Shown here in pieces: positions 50,153 through 59,634 of a stretch of DNA of 64,000 bases. The stretch lies in NCBI GenBank assembly GCA_965222075.1, contig OZ244937.1, positions 2,080,001-2,144,000 of the forward strand. The letters run 5' to 3'. Position numbers and translations under genes: made by a program. Position 1 is the stretch's first letter. Every line of letters begins with the position of its first letter. The DNA comes from Candidatus Latescibacterota bacterium (GTDB lineage Bacteria > Latescibacterota > UBA2968 > GCA-2709665). Below the pieces are notes generated by a model that saw only the letters and a program-made list of their open reading frames with translations, did not search any database and was not told where the DNA came from.

Positions 50153-51282
50153 ACCGTCCCCTCTCCTCTATACCACCGGGCAAGCACCTCTTCCGCCGGC
50201 TTTCTCTGCGGCGTAAACCCCCGTTCCCGCCGGCGTGCGCGCCGCCCTCCAAAGCGCCTGCTCCCCTCGGGGAACCACTTCCAGATGTGGGCGCCCGCAA
50301 ACCACGGACGATTCCAAAATACTTGAAACATCGCCTCGTAACAGGTCGCCTGCAGTTCAAAGTCCATCGGCGCCCTCGACCGCCAGACCCAGGGCTCCGC
50401 GGCCGTATCCGCTGTGCTCCGGTAGCCCACCTCCGTAAAAAGCACCGGCTTTCCCACCCGCTGCTGCACCGCCTCAATCCGCTCCACATAGGGTGCCCAC
50501 GCCGCCTTTAAAGAGGCAAGCGTGACCGCACCGCCTGTACTGTCTGCCAGCGGGAAATAGACCTGGATGCCGATATAGTCGAGCGCATCCCAGAAAGGCA
50601 CCTCCTCGAACTCCCGGTACCAGTTCGCCGAATAGGTCAGTTCGCCCCTGTAAACCGCCCGCACATCCGCAATCAGCCTGCGCCACTCGCCGGGGCGGTT
50701 CAACACCGTGCTGCGCAGTTCCGTCCCGATGCACAGCGCCTCCATCCCGCTTGCCTCCGCCAGTTCGGCGTAGTGGAGGATAAACCGCCGGTAGCTCGCC
50801 CACCACTGCCCCCACTCGGCCCCGGTCGGAAAATCGATCGTCCCGCGCCACTGCCCGTTGCCCCGATCCCGGATCCAGATGTGAGGCTTCAGCACCGTCC
50901 GGATGCCCCGCAGCCGGGCCCGCCGGGCCGTTTCCACCAGCCCCTCGTCCGACTCCCCCCACCAGACCCGCCCTGAAGTCACCAGGATCACCTCCGGGGC
51001 GTCGGCGCCCCGCTGCCACCCGAACGGCGTCTGAGAAATCCAGTTCACGTTCAGTTCGGCTAAGCGGTCAAAGGCCTCCTCTGTCGGACGGCCCGGCCCG
51101 GCCACAAAACAGACCCCACGGTGTCTTTCCGTCAAAAGCGGCACCTCCGATACCGGGGCCTGAACCTCAGCCTGGACCGCTGTGGTCACAAAAACAAACA
51201 CACAAAGCCCAACCACCCTCCGGATCTGCGTCAACCCTGCGCTCCCTTCTCCAGCCAATCCGTATCTCTCTTTTTGGTCCAC
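50140..51282 (-). CDS. Glycoside hydrolase family 113-like TIM-barrel protein
   Basis: LKPHIW, YRRFILHYA, IGTEL, LTYSANW, LDYIGIQVYFPL, LFTEVGYRS. Start uncertain (GTG 51282 chosen). Confidence 0.8.
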   Translation of the reverse strand: MDQKERYGLAGEGSAGLTQIRRVVGLCVFVFVTTAVQAEVQAPVSEVPLLTERHRGVCFVAGPGRPTEEAFDRLAELNVNWISQTPFGWQRGADAPEVILVTSGRVWWGESDEGLVETARRARLRGIRTVLKPHIWIRDRGNGQWRGTIDFPTGAEWGQWWASYRRFILHYAELAEASGMEALCIGTELRSTVLNRPGEWRRLIADVRAVYRGELTYSANWYREFEEVPFWDALDYIGIQVYFPLADSTGGAVTLASLKAAWAPYVERIEAVQQRVGKPVLFTEVGYRSTADTAAEPWVWRSRAPMDFELQATCYEAMFQVFWNRPWFAGAHIWKWFPEGSRRFGGRRARRRERGFTPQRKPAEEVLARWYRGEGTVWGE

Positions 51283-51370
51283 GGCCCCACCACCCACTTC
51301 CCGCAAAGAGAAAATACCCAGGACACAGTGTAAAGTAAAGGGTGAACCTTTCCGTTCCCGGGCCTTTCCC

Positions 51371-51398
51371 TTGACAAAAGGAGGCGCGCGCTTATCTT
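51371..51398 (+). promoter_or_regulatory. Putative sigma70 promoter
   Basis: TTGACA-16nt-TATCTT upstream of 51450. Confidence 0.45.
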
Positions 51399-51449
51399 TA
51401 AGGGACCGCCGGCATTTTCCTTCGATATTCTGCTTTTCGGACACATCTA

Positions 51450-52955
51450 ATGTATACCAGACAGTACCCAGGACCCAATGAAGACGTTTTAGAGGCGCAA
51501 GCGCGGGTCTGCACCGGTCCCCACCAGTCCAGGCCGCTGGGGAAAAAGCCGTCGGATCCCCGGCCGGGCCCGATTCTTGAACTCATCTTGAAAACCGCAA
51601 GGGGAGAACTCCCTTACGATCAGATGGTTTCAAAAGCCCAGATGGGGGCGTTCTTTGTCGCCATGACCCTCCGCGAAAACTTTCCAAAAAAAACCCGATG
51701 GAGCGACGCGGAGGTCGAGGCCTTCAATAAATACCGTTCGGATTTAGAGCGGCTGATGCACCCGGATGTCAAATTCCTGATGCACCCGGACCGTGGGTAC
51801 GAACCCACCAGCCCCCAGGAAGAGGTCGTCGTCGCATCCCTGGAGAAAATCTTAAGCGGAGTGCATCTCACCTACGCTGAAACCCGGCGGATGGGTGAAG
51901 CCATCCTGAACGGCCGGGTCGGGGACGCCCTGAAAGCCGCGGCCCTCATCGGCCAGCGCATGAACCGCGAAACCTGCGACGAAGTACGCGGATACCTGGA
52001 CGCGGTCCTGGGCCCCGATCAGGTTCTGGAGGTCGATGTCGCGTCGTTGACCCACTTTGGCGAACCCTACGATGGATCGACACGGTATTTCAGGCCGACC
52101 CTCTTTATTGCGGCCGTACGGGCCGCTTTGGGGGAGGCCTCAGTCCTGCACGGCGTCGATGACATGCCGCCCAAAAGAGGCATCACCGAAGAACAGATCC
52201 TCAACGCGCTGGGCGCCCGCACGAACCTCTCCCTTGAAGAGGCCGCAAGCCTGCTCGAAGATCCGGAAGTCGGATTCGCCTACGTCAGCCAGCGGGAATA
52301 CGCTCCCGGCGCGTACTCGGTTCGGGAATTGCGCGTTCACATCAAAAAGCGCCCCCCCTGGGCGGCCACGGAAAAAGCCCAGCAGCTCTTCTCCAAACCG
52401 GGCGCAAACTACATGGTCGTCGGATACTACCACCCCGGCTATGAAGAGCCGCTCATCCGGTTAATGCAGGACCGTGGATTCCAGGCCGGGCTTGTCGTGA
52501 AAGGCGAGGAAGGCACCAGCCACTATTCCTTGCGCCTGGGCAAACCCTCCACGGAGGACCGCAAAGCCGTCAACTATTCCCAGGGCTTCAGGCACGCCGG
52601 CGAACAGCCGGAAAACATCGCATTAGACATCAACCCCGGAACATTCGGCCTGGACTACGACCAGAGCCCGCGCCTGCAGACCATAAGCGCAAAATCCTAC
52701 GCAGAAGCCGGAATCGCAGCCCTGTCCGGACAAAAGGGCCACGTCTACGACCGCATCGTCTTCAACACCGCGCTCAAAGACCACCTCCTGGGCCTCTGTC
52801 CGGATCCGCACGATGCGATCCTGCGCACAAAAGAGGCCATTGACAGCGGCCGTGCGCTTGCGCACCTGAAAGCATACATCCGGAAGTCGACAAGGATCTC
52901 CCCATGGCCAAAAAAATCTACGCCTATGGCATGGACGGCTTCATCACACCCATGA
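51450..52955 (+). CDS. Anthranilate phosphoribosyltransferase-like protein (non-canonical, glycosyl transferase family 3)
   Basis: AQMGAFF, GEPYDG.TR, LHGVDDMPPK.GIT, IKKRPPWAATEK, VGYYHPGYE, VKGEEG. Lacks the canonical TrpD GTGGD motif. Confidence 0.7.
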   Translation: MYTRQYPGPNEDVLEAQARVCTGPHQSRPLGKKPSDPRPGPILELILKTARGELPYDQMVSKAQMGAFFVAMTLRENFPKKTRWSDAEVEAFNKYRSDLERLMHPDVKFLMHPDRGYEPTSPQEEVVVASLEKILSGVHLTYAETRRMGEAILNGRVGDALKAAALIGQRMNRETCDEVRGYLDAVLGPDQVLEVDVASLTHFGEPYDGSTRYFRPTLFIAAVRAALGEASVLHGVDDMPPKRGITEEQILNALGARTNLSLEEAASLLEDPEVGFAYVSQREYAPGAYSVRELRVHIKKRPPWAATEKAQQLFSKPGANYMVVGYYHPGYEEPLIRLMQDRGFQAGLVVKGEEGTSHYSLRLGKPSTEDRKAVNYSQGFRHAGEQPENIALDINPGTFGLDYDQSPRLQTISAKSYAEAGIAALSGQKGHVYDRIVFNTALKDHLLGLCPDPHDAILRTKEAIDSGRALAHLKAYIRKSTRISPWPKKSTPMAWTASSHP

Positions 52956-54850
52956 TGAAAAAATTCGTCGCCGAAGGCTGTCTGCCCAACTTTGAACGCA
53001 TGCTGAAAGAAGGCGTCGTCAACCAGACCTTCCCCTCTTTCCCCGTCTGGACGCCCACCAACTGGGCCACCCTCTCCACCGGCGCTCACACCGGCACCCA
53101 CGGCGTCACCCGCTGGCGCGTGGAGGTCGCGCCCGGAGAACGCATCGACAGCTTCGACGGCCGGGCGCCCAATGCCGAGCGCATCTGGAACGCCCTGGAA
53201 CGCGCCGGACTTAAAAGCGTGGCCGTCCACTACCCGGCGGCCCACCCTTCGGGCATCAGGTCCGGCTTTGTCGTGGACGGCTTCGGCCACCCCGGCCACG
53301 CCCAGACCGACTACGAGGTCGCTGCCTGCCAGGCCTACACCACCGCCGGCGTCGAATCCACCGTGCAGATGGACCACGACGGCACCGCCGTCCGCCAGGT
53401 GCAAAGCAGCATCGTCTCCATCCCACCCCTCCGCCCCGCCGAAGGCTGGTCCAACCTGCCCGAAAGCCAGTCTCCCCCGCTCGAATCGAGCCTCGAAATC
53501 CACGCCCGCCTCGGCGGCGACGTCAACACCTTCCACCTCCTGGCCTTAGACGGCCGTGGCAACGGATACGACAGTCTGCTCATCTGCCGGGAAAAGGACG
53601 GGACCGCAAAGGTCGCCGAAACCGAAACCGGCGCCTGGAGCGGCTGGGCCATCGAGCCTTTCCGCATCGATGGTCACGGCCAGCGGGCCTCGGTCCGCTT
53701 CAAACTCCTCGAACTCTCGCCCGACGCTCAAAACCTGAAGCTCTACCGCACCCAGGTCACCTGCACCGACGGTTTCACCACTCCCGACGACCTCGCCGGG
53801 GACCTCATCGAGCGCTTCGGTCCCTACCAGGAACACGCCTCCATGGTCCCCTACACCTCCGGCATGGCCGACTTCGACACCGCCCTGGAAGAATGCGAGT
53901 ACCAGGGCCTCTGGTTCGCCGACGTGGCCAACTACATGCTCCGGGAAAAAGGGTGCGCCTTCTTCATCTGCCACTGGCACCTCTACGACTATCTCAACCA
54001 CATCCACCTCAACGACGTCGACCCTGTCTGCCCCGGCTACAACCCGGCAAACGCCGACCGCGCCCTGGACTATTTCCGCCGGGCCTACCAGGTCGGCGAC
54101 CGCGTCCTGGGCCGCATCTATGAGGCCGCCGATGAAAACACCTGCGTCGGCATCCTGGCCGACCACGGCGCCTCTCCGGACGTGCGCGTCGCCAACATCC
54201 GCAAATTCCTCCACGACCGGGGCTTCACCGTCCTCAAACCCAGCGCTCAGGGCGTGGAGCGCGACCAGGTTCTGGAAACGGACATCGACTGGGAAAAGAC
54301 CACCGCCTACCTGAAAGACGACAAAGGCTTCGACATCTTCATCAACGCCGAACCCGGCGAAGCATTCGACAAAATCGAACGGGAACTCCTCCTTGCGCTG
54401 CGCACCTGGGTCGACGAAGGCGTCGGCCGCACCCCCATCGCGATCGCCCTGCCAAAGCGCGACGCCTACCTCCTGGGTCAGTGGGGCGACCAGTGCGGCG
54501 ACGTCATCTTCGCCTGGGACCACGGCTACGTCAGCGGCTACTACGGCCAGTGGAAAGGCATCGTAGGCAACGGCACCGTGGGCGCTCCGGAAGTCTACGG
54601 CGCCCACCACGGCGGCTTCATCCCCACCCGAAGCGACATCTCCTCCAGCTTCGGCTCCTTCCTCTTGAGCGGCCCCGGCCTCAAAAAGGGCTACGAGCGC
54701 CCCTCCGAGACCCTCGGCTACATCCACGCCGCCGACGTCGTCCCCACCTTCTGCCACATCCTGGGCGTCTCCCCCCCGGCCCAAAGCCAGGGCGCCATCG
54801 CCTATGACCTCTTCGAAGGGCATGAGATGATCCGCCGGAGAGAGGCGTAG
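52904..54850 (+). CDS. Alkaline phosphatase superfamily (phosphodiesterase-like) protein
   Basis: GMDG, PVWTPTNWATLSTGA..GTHGV, ILADHG, GAHHG, DVVPT. Confidence 0.85.
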   Translation: MAKKIYAYGMDGFITPMMKKFVAEGCLPNFERMLKEGVVNQTFPSFPVWTPTNWATLSTGAHTGTHGVTRWRVEVAPGERIDSFDGRAPNAERIWNALERAGLKSVAVHYPAAHPSGIRSGFVVDGFGHPGHAQTDYEVAACQAYTTAGVESTVQMDHDGTAVRQVQSSIVSIPPLRPAEGWSNLPESQSPPLESSLEIHARLGGDVNTFHLLALDGRGNGYDSLLICREKDGTAKVAETETGAWSGWAIEPFRIDGHGQRASVRFKLLELSPDAQNLKLYRTQVTCTDGFTTPDDLAGDLIERFGPYQEHASMVPYTSGMADFDTALEECEYQGLWFADVANYMLREKGCAFFICHWHLYDYLNHIHLNDVDPVCPGYNPANADRALDYFRRAYQVGDRVLGRIYEAADENTCVGILADHGASPDVRVANIRKFLHDRGFTVLKPSAQGVERDQVLETDIDWEKTTAYLKDDKGFDIFINAEPGEAFDKIERELLLALRTWVDEGVGRTPIAIALPKRDAYLLGQWGDQCGDVIFAWDHGYVSGYYGQWKGIVGNGTVGAPEVYGAHHGGFIPTRSDISSSFGSFLLSGPGLKKGYERPSETLGYIHAADVVPTFCHILGVSPPAQSQGAIAYDLFEGHEMIRRREA

Positions 54851-54907
54851 AAACACTGTTGGACCATTCCAAATCGCTTCCGCACAATCGCGGGAGGAGG
54901 CCGCTGC

Positions 54908-55660
54908 ATGGACGAGACATTGCACCCCAAACGTCGCCTGGAGATCGAAGGAGCGCACAATGTGAGGGACCTGGGAGGATACCGCACGCGGGACGGGGGC
55001 TACACGCGCTGGCTGAGGTTCCTGCGGGCCGACAGCCTGCATCGGCTGTCTTCCGCCGCCCAGACCGCCCTCCTTGACTATGGGCTACACACGGTAATCG
55101 ACCTGCGACGGACAAACGAAACCCGGGCAGCGCCCAATGTCTTTGCCCGTTCGTCGAGAGTGAAGTACCACCATCTGAACATGATCGGCGACGAGGATCT
55201 GGTGCTCGAACCGGTGCCGGAGAATGCCGGACAACCCCGGCAGATCGCCCACAGCTATTGCGGGTTTCTCGACAAGTGCCAGGTCCAGGTGGGCCGGATC
55301 ATGGGGACGCTGGCGTATGCGGGAAATCAGGCCGCTCTGTTCCACTGCGCCGGCGGCAAGGACCGTACAGGCATAATTTCGGCCCTGCTCCTGGGTCTGG
55401 CCGGGGTGCCTGAAGAGACCATCGCCGCCGACTACGGCTTAACCGCCCGCTACCTGACAGCGCCCTATCTGACCTTCCCGGAGGCGGATCCGGAGATCCG
55501 CACCTGGGCGGACTACCAGCGCGTGTACTGCCCGCCGGAGACCATGTTGCTGGTCCTGGACCATCTGGAGCGTATCTACGGTGGGGTCGAAAGCTATGTG
55601 CGGACGGTAGGGCTGTCTGAGGATCAGATCGGCCGGTTGCGCGATACGCTGGTGGAATAG
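54908..55660 (+). CDS. Tyrosine-protein phosphatase (Y_phosphatase3/PtpB-like)
   Basis: NVRDLGGY, VIDLR, P-loop HCAGGKDRTG, IAADY. Confidence 0.92.
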   Translation: MDETLHPKRRLEIEGAHNVRDLGGYRTRDGGYTRWLRFLRADSLHRLSSAAQTALLDYGLHTVIDLRRTNETRAAPNVFARSSRVKYHHLNMIGDEDLVLEPVPENAGQPRQIAHSYCGFLDKCQVQVGRIMGTLAYAGNQAALFHCAGGKDRTGIISALLLGLAGVPEETIAADYGLTARYLTAPYLTFPEADPEIRTWADYQRVYCPPETMLLVLDHLERIYGGVESYVRTVGLSEDQIGRLRDTLVE

Positions 55661-55724
55661 TCCGCATTTTCGCGGTCGGGCGCCATCGCCTTACCGTAAA
55701 CCTTCTCAAATCGGGAGACGCGTT

Positions 55725-57257
55725 ATGGATGCGGAAGCCATCATCGTAGGCGGTGGGCACAACGGCCTCACGGCCGCGGCCTATCTGGCAAAAGCCGGAC
55801 TGGATGTGCACATCTTCGAACGCCGCCCCTTTGTCGGAGGGGCCGCCATCACCGAGGAGCTCTGGCCCGGCTTCCACTTTTCCACCTGCGCGCATATGAC
55901 CCACGGCATCCACCCAAAAATCATCCGGGACCTCCGCCTCTACGAGCGGGGCCTGGAGATGTGCACCCGCCTGGGCGGCATCCGCATGTGTCCGGACGGG
56001 ACCTACTACGGCCCTTCGGACCACGAGTCGCCCCGCAACCGCATTACGGAGGAACCACTCGCGGAGGAGGAGCGGGAAGCCGCACGCAAATACGGAGCAT
56101 TCAAACGCACGCTCATCGACATCTTTGTGCCCTACCGGCTGCAGCCGCCCCCCACCCTGGACGAAGTGCGGGCCAAAGTCGCGGGCACGCCGGCCGCCGG
56201 GGTGCTGGAGCGGGCGTTGACCACCCGCATCCGGGAACTCCAGGACGCCTTTCTCCCCACCGACAACCTGAAAGAGCGCCACGCCGGCGAGGGCGCCTCC
56301 GTGGGACGCAATCCCCTTGCTATGCACTTTGCGTACGGTTCGATCAACCGGCCCGAGGAGGAAACCGGCGAAGCGCCTCCCTACGGGTATCCCCGAAACG
56401 GCATGGGCGCAATCCCCCGGATGATCGCGGAGGCCGCCCAGGAGGCGGGGGTAAAAATCCACGTAAACCAGGGCGTTGAACAATTCCTCGTAGAAGACGG
56501 AAAGACAATCGGCATCCGGCTCTCCGGCGGAACCGAAGTCCGCAGCCGGGTGGTGGTCTCCAACTTAGATCCCAAGCGCACGTTCCTCAAGATGCTTGCC
56601 CCCGAACACCTGGATGAGGGGCTCCGTTCCCGCATCGAGGGGTTGATCACGCACGTAAGCTGCTACAAATTCTTAGCGGTGATCACGGAGCTGCCCCAAT
56701 ACACCGCCTGGGACGGCGATCCGGACCGGCCCTATATGGGCTCCACCATGATGGGGATGACGCGCGCCGAGATCGACGCAGCCTACGACGACCTGGACGC
56801 CGGACGGCCTCCCGAAACGCCCGTCGTCAGCTTCTCAGTCCCCTCCTTCGTCGACCCCAGCCTCACCCGGTCCGGATACCACACCGCGTCGATCTGGATC
56901 TTCCCCGCTCCCGCGAAGCTGAGCGAAGGCACGTGGGACGACGTGCGCGAGCAGGTCGCGGAACGCCTCATCGACCAGATCACCGGATATGCGCCCAACT
57001 TCCGGGCGTCCATCCGGGACTACAAGCTCCGTACGCCGCTGGACTTGGAGCGGGAAAACGGCCTCACCGACGGGTGCATCTGGCACATCCAGCACGCGGG
57101 CGAGCACCTCTTCTGGAACCGCCCCCTGCCCCAACTGGCCGCCTACCGCGCACCTCTTAAAGGCCTCTACCTCTGCGGCGCCGGCCAGCACCCCGGCGGC
57201 GAAGTCAGCGGCATTCCCGGCCACAATGCAGCGCACGAAATCCTTAAAGATCTGTAG
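55725..57257 (+). CDS. Phytoene-dehydrogenase-like FAD oxidoreductase (COG1233)
   Basis: GGGHNGLTAAAYLA, GGAAITEE, TPLDLE, LYLCGAGQHPGGEVSGIPGHNAA. Confidence 0.88.
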   Translation: MDAEAIIVGGGHNGLTAAAYLAKAGLDVHIFERRPFVGGAAITEELWPGFHFSTCAHMTHGIHPKIIRDLRLYERGLEMCTRLGGIRMCPDGTYYGPSDHESPRNRITEEPLAEEEREAARKYGAFKRTLIDIFVPYRLQPPPTLDEVRAKVAGTPAAGVLERALTTRIRELQDAFLPTDNLKERHAGEGASVGRNPLAMHFAYGSINRPEEETGEAPPYGYPRNGMGAIPRMIAEAAQEAGVKIHVNQGVEQFLVEDGKTIGIRLSGGTEVRSRVVVSNLDPKRTFLKMLAPEHLDEGLRSRIEGLITHVSCYKFLAVITELPQYTAWDGDPDRPYMGSTMMGMTRAEIDAAYDDLDAGRPPETPVVSFSVPSFVDPSLTRSGYHTASIWIFPAPAKLSEGTWDDVREQVAERLIDQITGYAPNFRASIRDYKLRTPLDLERENGLTDGCIWHIQHAGEHLFWNRPLPQLAAYRAPLKGLYLCGAGQHPGGEVSGIPGHNAAHEILKDL

Positions 57258-57295
57258 GATTTTGAGAGACAGCCCAACCGGATCGAGCCTGACAA

Positions 57296-58051
57296 TCAGG
57301 TCTCCGATCTCAGCTTGAACCCCTGCTCCCTTAGAAACGCGTCCAGTTCGGCCCGGTTGTGAAACTGACCCGCCCGTTCGCCCACCACAGTGGTCCACCG
57401 GGGATCGGACGGATGCATCCCCTGCGACTCGTAAAAGTCCACCATCGCCTGATCGTACGCGCTTAGATACTCCTGGTGCGTTGCATCTTCCATATACCGC
57501 TCCCGGTGCAACACCGCCTCCACCGGCAGGCGCGGTTTGATCGCGGCATCCTGCGCCGGATACCCCAGACACATGCCGGCAACCGCGTACACGAACGGCG
57601 GCAGTCTCAGCAGCTTCCCCACCGCCTTCGGGTGGTTGCGCATCGCCCCGATCATACAGACTCCCAGCCCCGCCGACTCGGCCGCCACCGCCACATTCTG
57701 CATCATAAGCGCCACGTCCACCGTCGAAATCAGCAGCGCCTCGACGTAGTCTCCGTCAAACTGCTCCACCCCGTGCATCTGCCCCGCCATCCGGTCCCGG
57801 TGCAAATCCGCGCAAAAAGCCAGAAAAGCCGCGCTCTGATGAATCTGAACCTGATCCGCGCACAACACCGCCAACTCCGCTTTCCGCTCCGGTTCGGACA
57901 CGTGAATCACACTGTAAGCCTGCAAATTGCTCGACGTGCTCGCCCGCTGACCGCAGACAATCAACTGCTCCAGCAACCCCTCTGGCAGCAGCCGGTCCTC
58001 AAAGCGGCGGATACTCCGGTGTCCCAGCAACGTCTCGATCGTAGGATTCAT
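57296..58051 (-). CDS. NADPH-dependent nitroreductase/flavin reductase, NfsA/Frp family
   Basis: HRSIRRF, ASTSSNLQAYSVI, FCADLHR, AAESAGLGVCMIGAMRN, KPRLP. Start MNPTIE. Confidence 0.9.
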   Translation of the reverse strand: MNPTIETLLGHRSIRRFEDRLLPEGLLEQLIVCGQRASTSSNLQAYSVIHVSEPERKAELAVLCADQVQIHQSAAFLAFCADLHRDRMAGQMHGVEQFDGDYVEALLISTVDVALMMQNVAVAAESAGLGVCMIGAMRNHPKAVGKLLRLPPFVYAVAGMCLGYPAQDAAIKPRLPVEAVLHRERYMEDATHQEYLSAYDQAMVDFYESQGMHPSDPRWTTVVGERAGQFHNRAELDAFLREQGFKLRSET

Positions 58052-58174
58052 CTCTTCCCCCCTCTTCGTATTGAATTGAATATTGATATTTTTCAATCTT
58101 CAATCCCGAATATGCTTTCCTCCCCCTCTCCTGTCAACCTGAAACCCCCGCTTCGCTATTGAGACTCCGCGGAC

Positions 58175-59131
58175 ATGAACCTCAACCGCATCCTCCTCAT
58201 CCGCACCGGCGCCCTCGGAGACCTCATCGTCACCCTCCCGGTCCTGAGCGCCCTCAAAGCGGCTGCGCCTCGCGCCCGCGTCCACCTGCTCGGCCATCCC
58301 AAAACCCTCGCTCTGGCCGGAGACTACGCCCACAGCATCGCCGGCATCGAACAAGCCGACTGGGCCCCTTTCTTTGTCCCCAACGGCCGCCTCTCCCCCC
58401 GCTTTGTGGACCAGCTCAAAACCACCGACCTCGTCCTCTCCTACCTCCCCGATCCCGACGGAACCTTCACGGCCAACCTCCAACGCGCCGGTGCACGGAC
58501 CGTCCTTTCCTTCCCCCCCCACCCCCCTCCGGACGGCTCGATCCACGTTGTAGACCACCTTCTGCGCCCTCTGTCGGACCTCCACATTCCGGTGGCCGAT
58601 CCTGTCCCCCGGGTATCCCTCACCCGGGAAGACCACCGCGAGGCCGACCGCATACTCCCACATCTTGAAGACGCATCGCCCGCCGTCATCCATCCCGGCA
58701 GTGGAGGTGCGATGAAACGCTGGCCTCCCGAACGCTTTTCCGCTGTGGCCGACCACCTCGCCCGGCGCACAGGCCGGCCGGTCGTCCTCCTCTCCGGCCC
58801 TGCCGATGGAGATCTGGCCGAGCGAATCGCCTCACGCATGCAAACCGCCCCAATACGCATCCCCCCCCTTACGCTAAGGCACCTGGCTGCCCTGCTAAGA
58901 CGCGCATCCGTCTACCTGGGCAATGACTCGGGTCCCTCCCACCTCGCGGCTGCTGTCGGCACCCCGGCCGTTGTCCTCTTCGGCCCCACCGACCCCCGCA
59001 CCTGGGGCCCCCGGGGCGAGGCCGTCCGCATCCTCCAGGGAGATCCTCACCTGCCTCCGGAATGCCGCCTCGAAACCATTTCGGAAAGCAAAGTGGTCGA
59101 AGCCCTCCTCCAGTACCCTGGTGGGTTTTGA
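58175..59131 (+). CDS. Glycosyltransferase family 9 (heptosyltransferase-like)
   Basis: GALGDL, HPGSGG..KRWP, GNDSGPSHLAAAVGTP.VVLFGPT. Confidence 0.92.
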   Translation: MNLNRILLIRTGALGDLIVTLPVLSALKAAAPRARVHLLGHPKTLALAGDYAHSIAGIEQADWAPFFVPNGRLSPRFVDQLKTTDLVLSYLPDPDGTFTANLQRAGARTVLSFPPHPPPDGSIHVVDHLLRPLSDLHIPVADPVPRVSLTREDHREADRILPHLEDASPAVIHPGSGGAMKRWPPERFSAVADHLARRTGRPVVLLSGPADGDLAERIASRMQTAPIRIPPLTLRHLAALLRRASVYLGNDSGPSHLAAAVGTPAVVLFGPTDPRTWGPRGEAVRILQGDPHLPPECRLETISESKVVEALLQYPGGF

Positions 59132-59154
59132 AATTCGGACAGACATCGCCCACC

Positions 59155-59183
59155 TTGACGGCGCAAATACAAATTGGTATTTT
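59155..59183 (+). promoter_or_regulatory. Putative sigma70 promoter flanked by 12-bp inverted repeats
   Basis: TTGACG-17nt-TATTTT with TG extension; IRs at 59129-59140 and 59209-59220. Confidence 0.55.
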
Positions 59184-59246
59184 AAAGAGCCCTGAAGAAG
59201 AAATCCTGGTCCGAATTTCACACGCGTCCGAACCGGAATCACCATC

Positions 59247-59621
59247 GTGTCAAAAGCCTTACTCATTGTCGACCACGGATCGGTGCGCGACGAAGCCAAT
59301 CGGATGCTTGAAGGTGTGGCGGAAATCCTGCGTCGTCAGCGGCCCGGCCTCATCGTCCACATCGCCCACATGGAACTGGCCGCGCCCACCATAAAAGACG
59401 GCGTTGCGGCCTGTGTGCGCGACGGCGCAACCGAGGTCATCATCCACCCCTACATGCTCTCTCCCGGCCGTCACGCCACCAGCGACATTCCGGCCCTGGC
59501 CAGAGAAGCCGCTACCGATTTTCCCAACATCACATACAGCGTCACCGATCCTCTCGGCCTGCACGACAAAATCGGAGAAGTCGTTCTCGAACGCGCCGGT
59601 CTCCTGACCCCTGACTCCTGA
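59247..59621 (+). CDS. CbiX/SirB-type single-domain chelatase
   Basis: DHGS, AHMELAAPTI, PYMLSPGRHATSDIP, PLGLH. GTG start. Confidence 0.88.
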   Translation: MSKALLIVDHGSVRDEANRMLEGVAEILRRQRPGLIVHIAHMELAAPTIKDGVAACVRDGATEVIIHPYMLSPGRHATSDIPALAREAATDFPNITYSVTDPLGLHDKIGEVVLERAGLLTPDS

Positions 59622-59634
59622 ATACGGAGCCTCC

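Noticed and set aside
55725-57257. Carotenoid biosynthesis (crtI) call
   Set aside because: No crtB/crtE nearby; the motifs fit the broad COG1233 family only.
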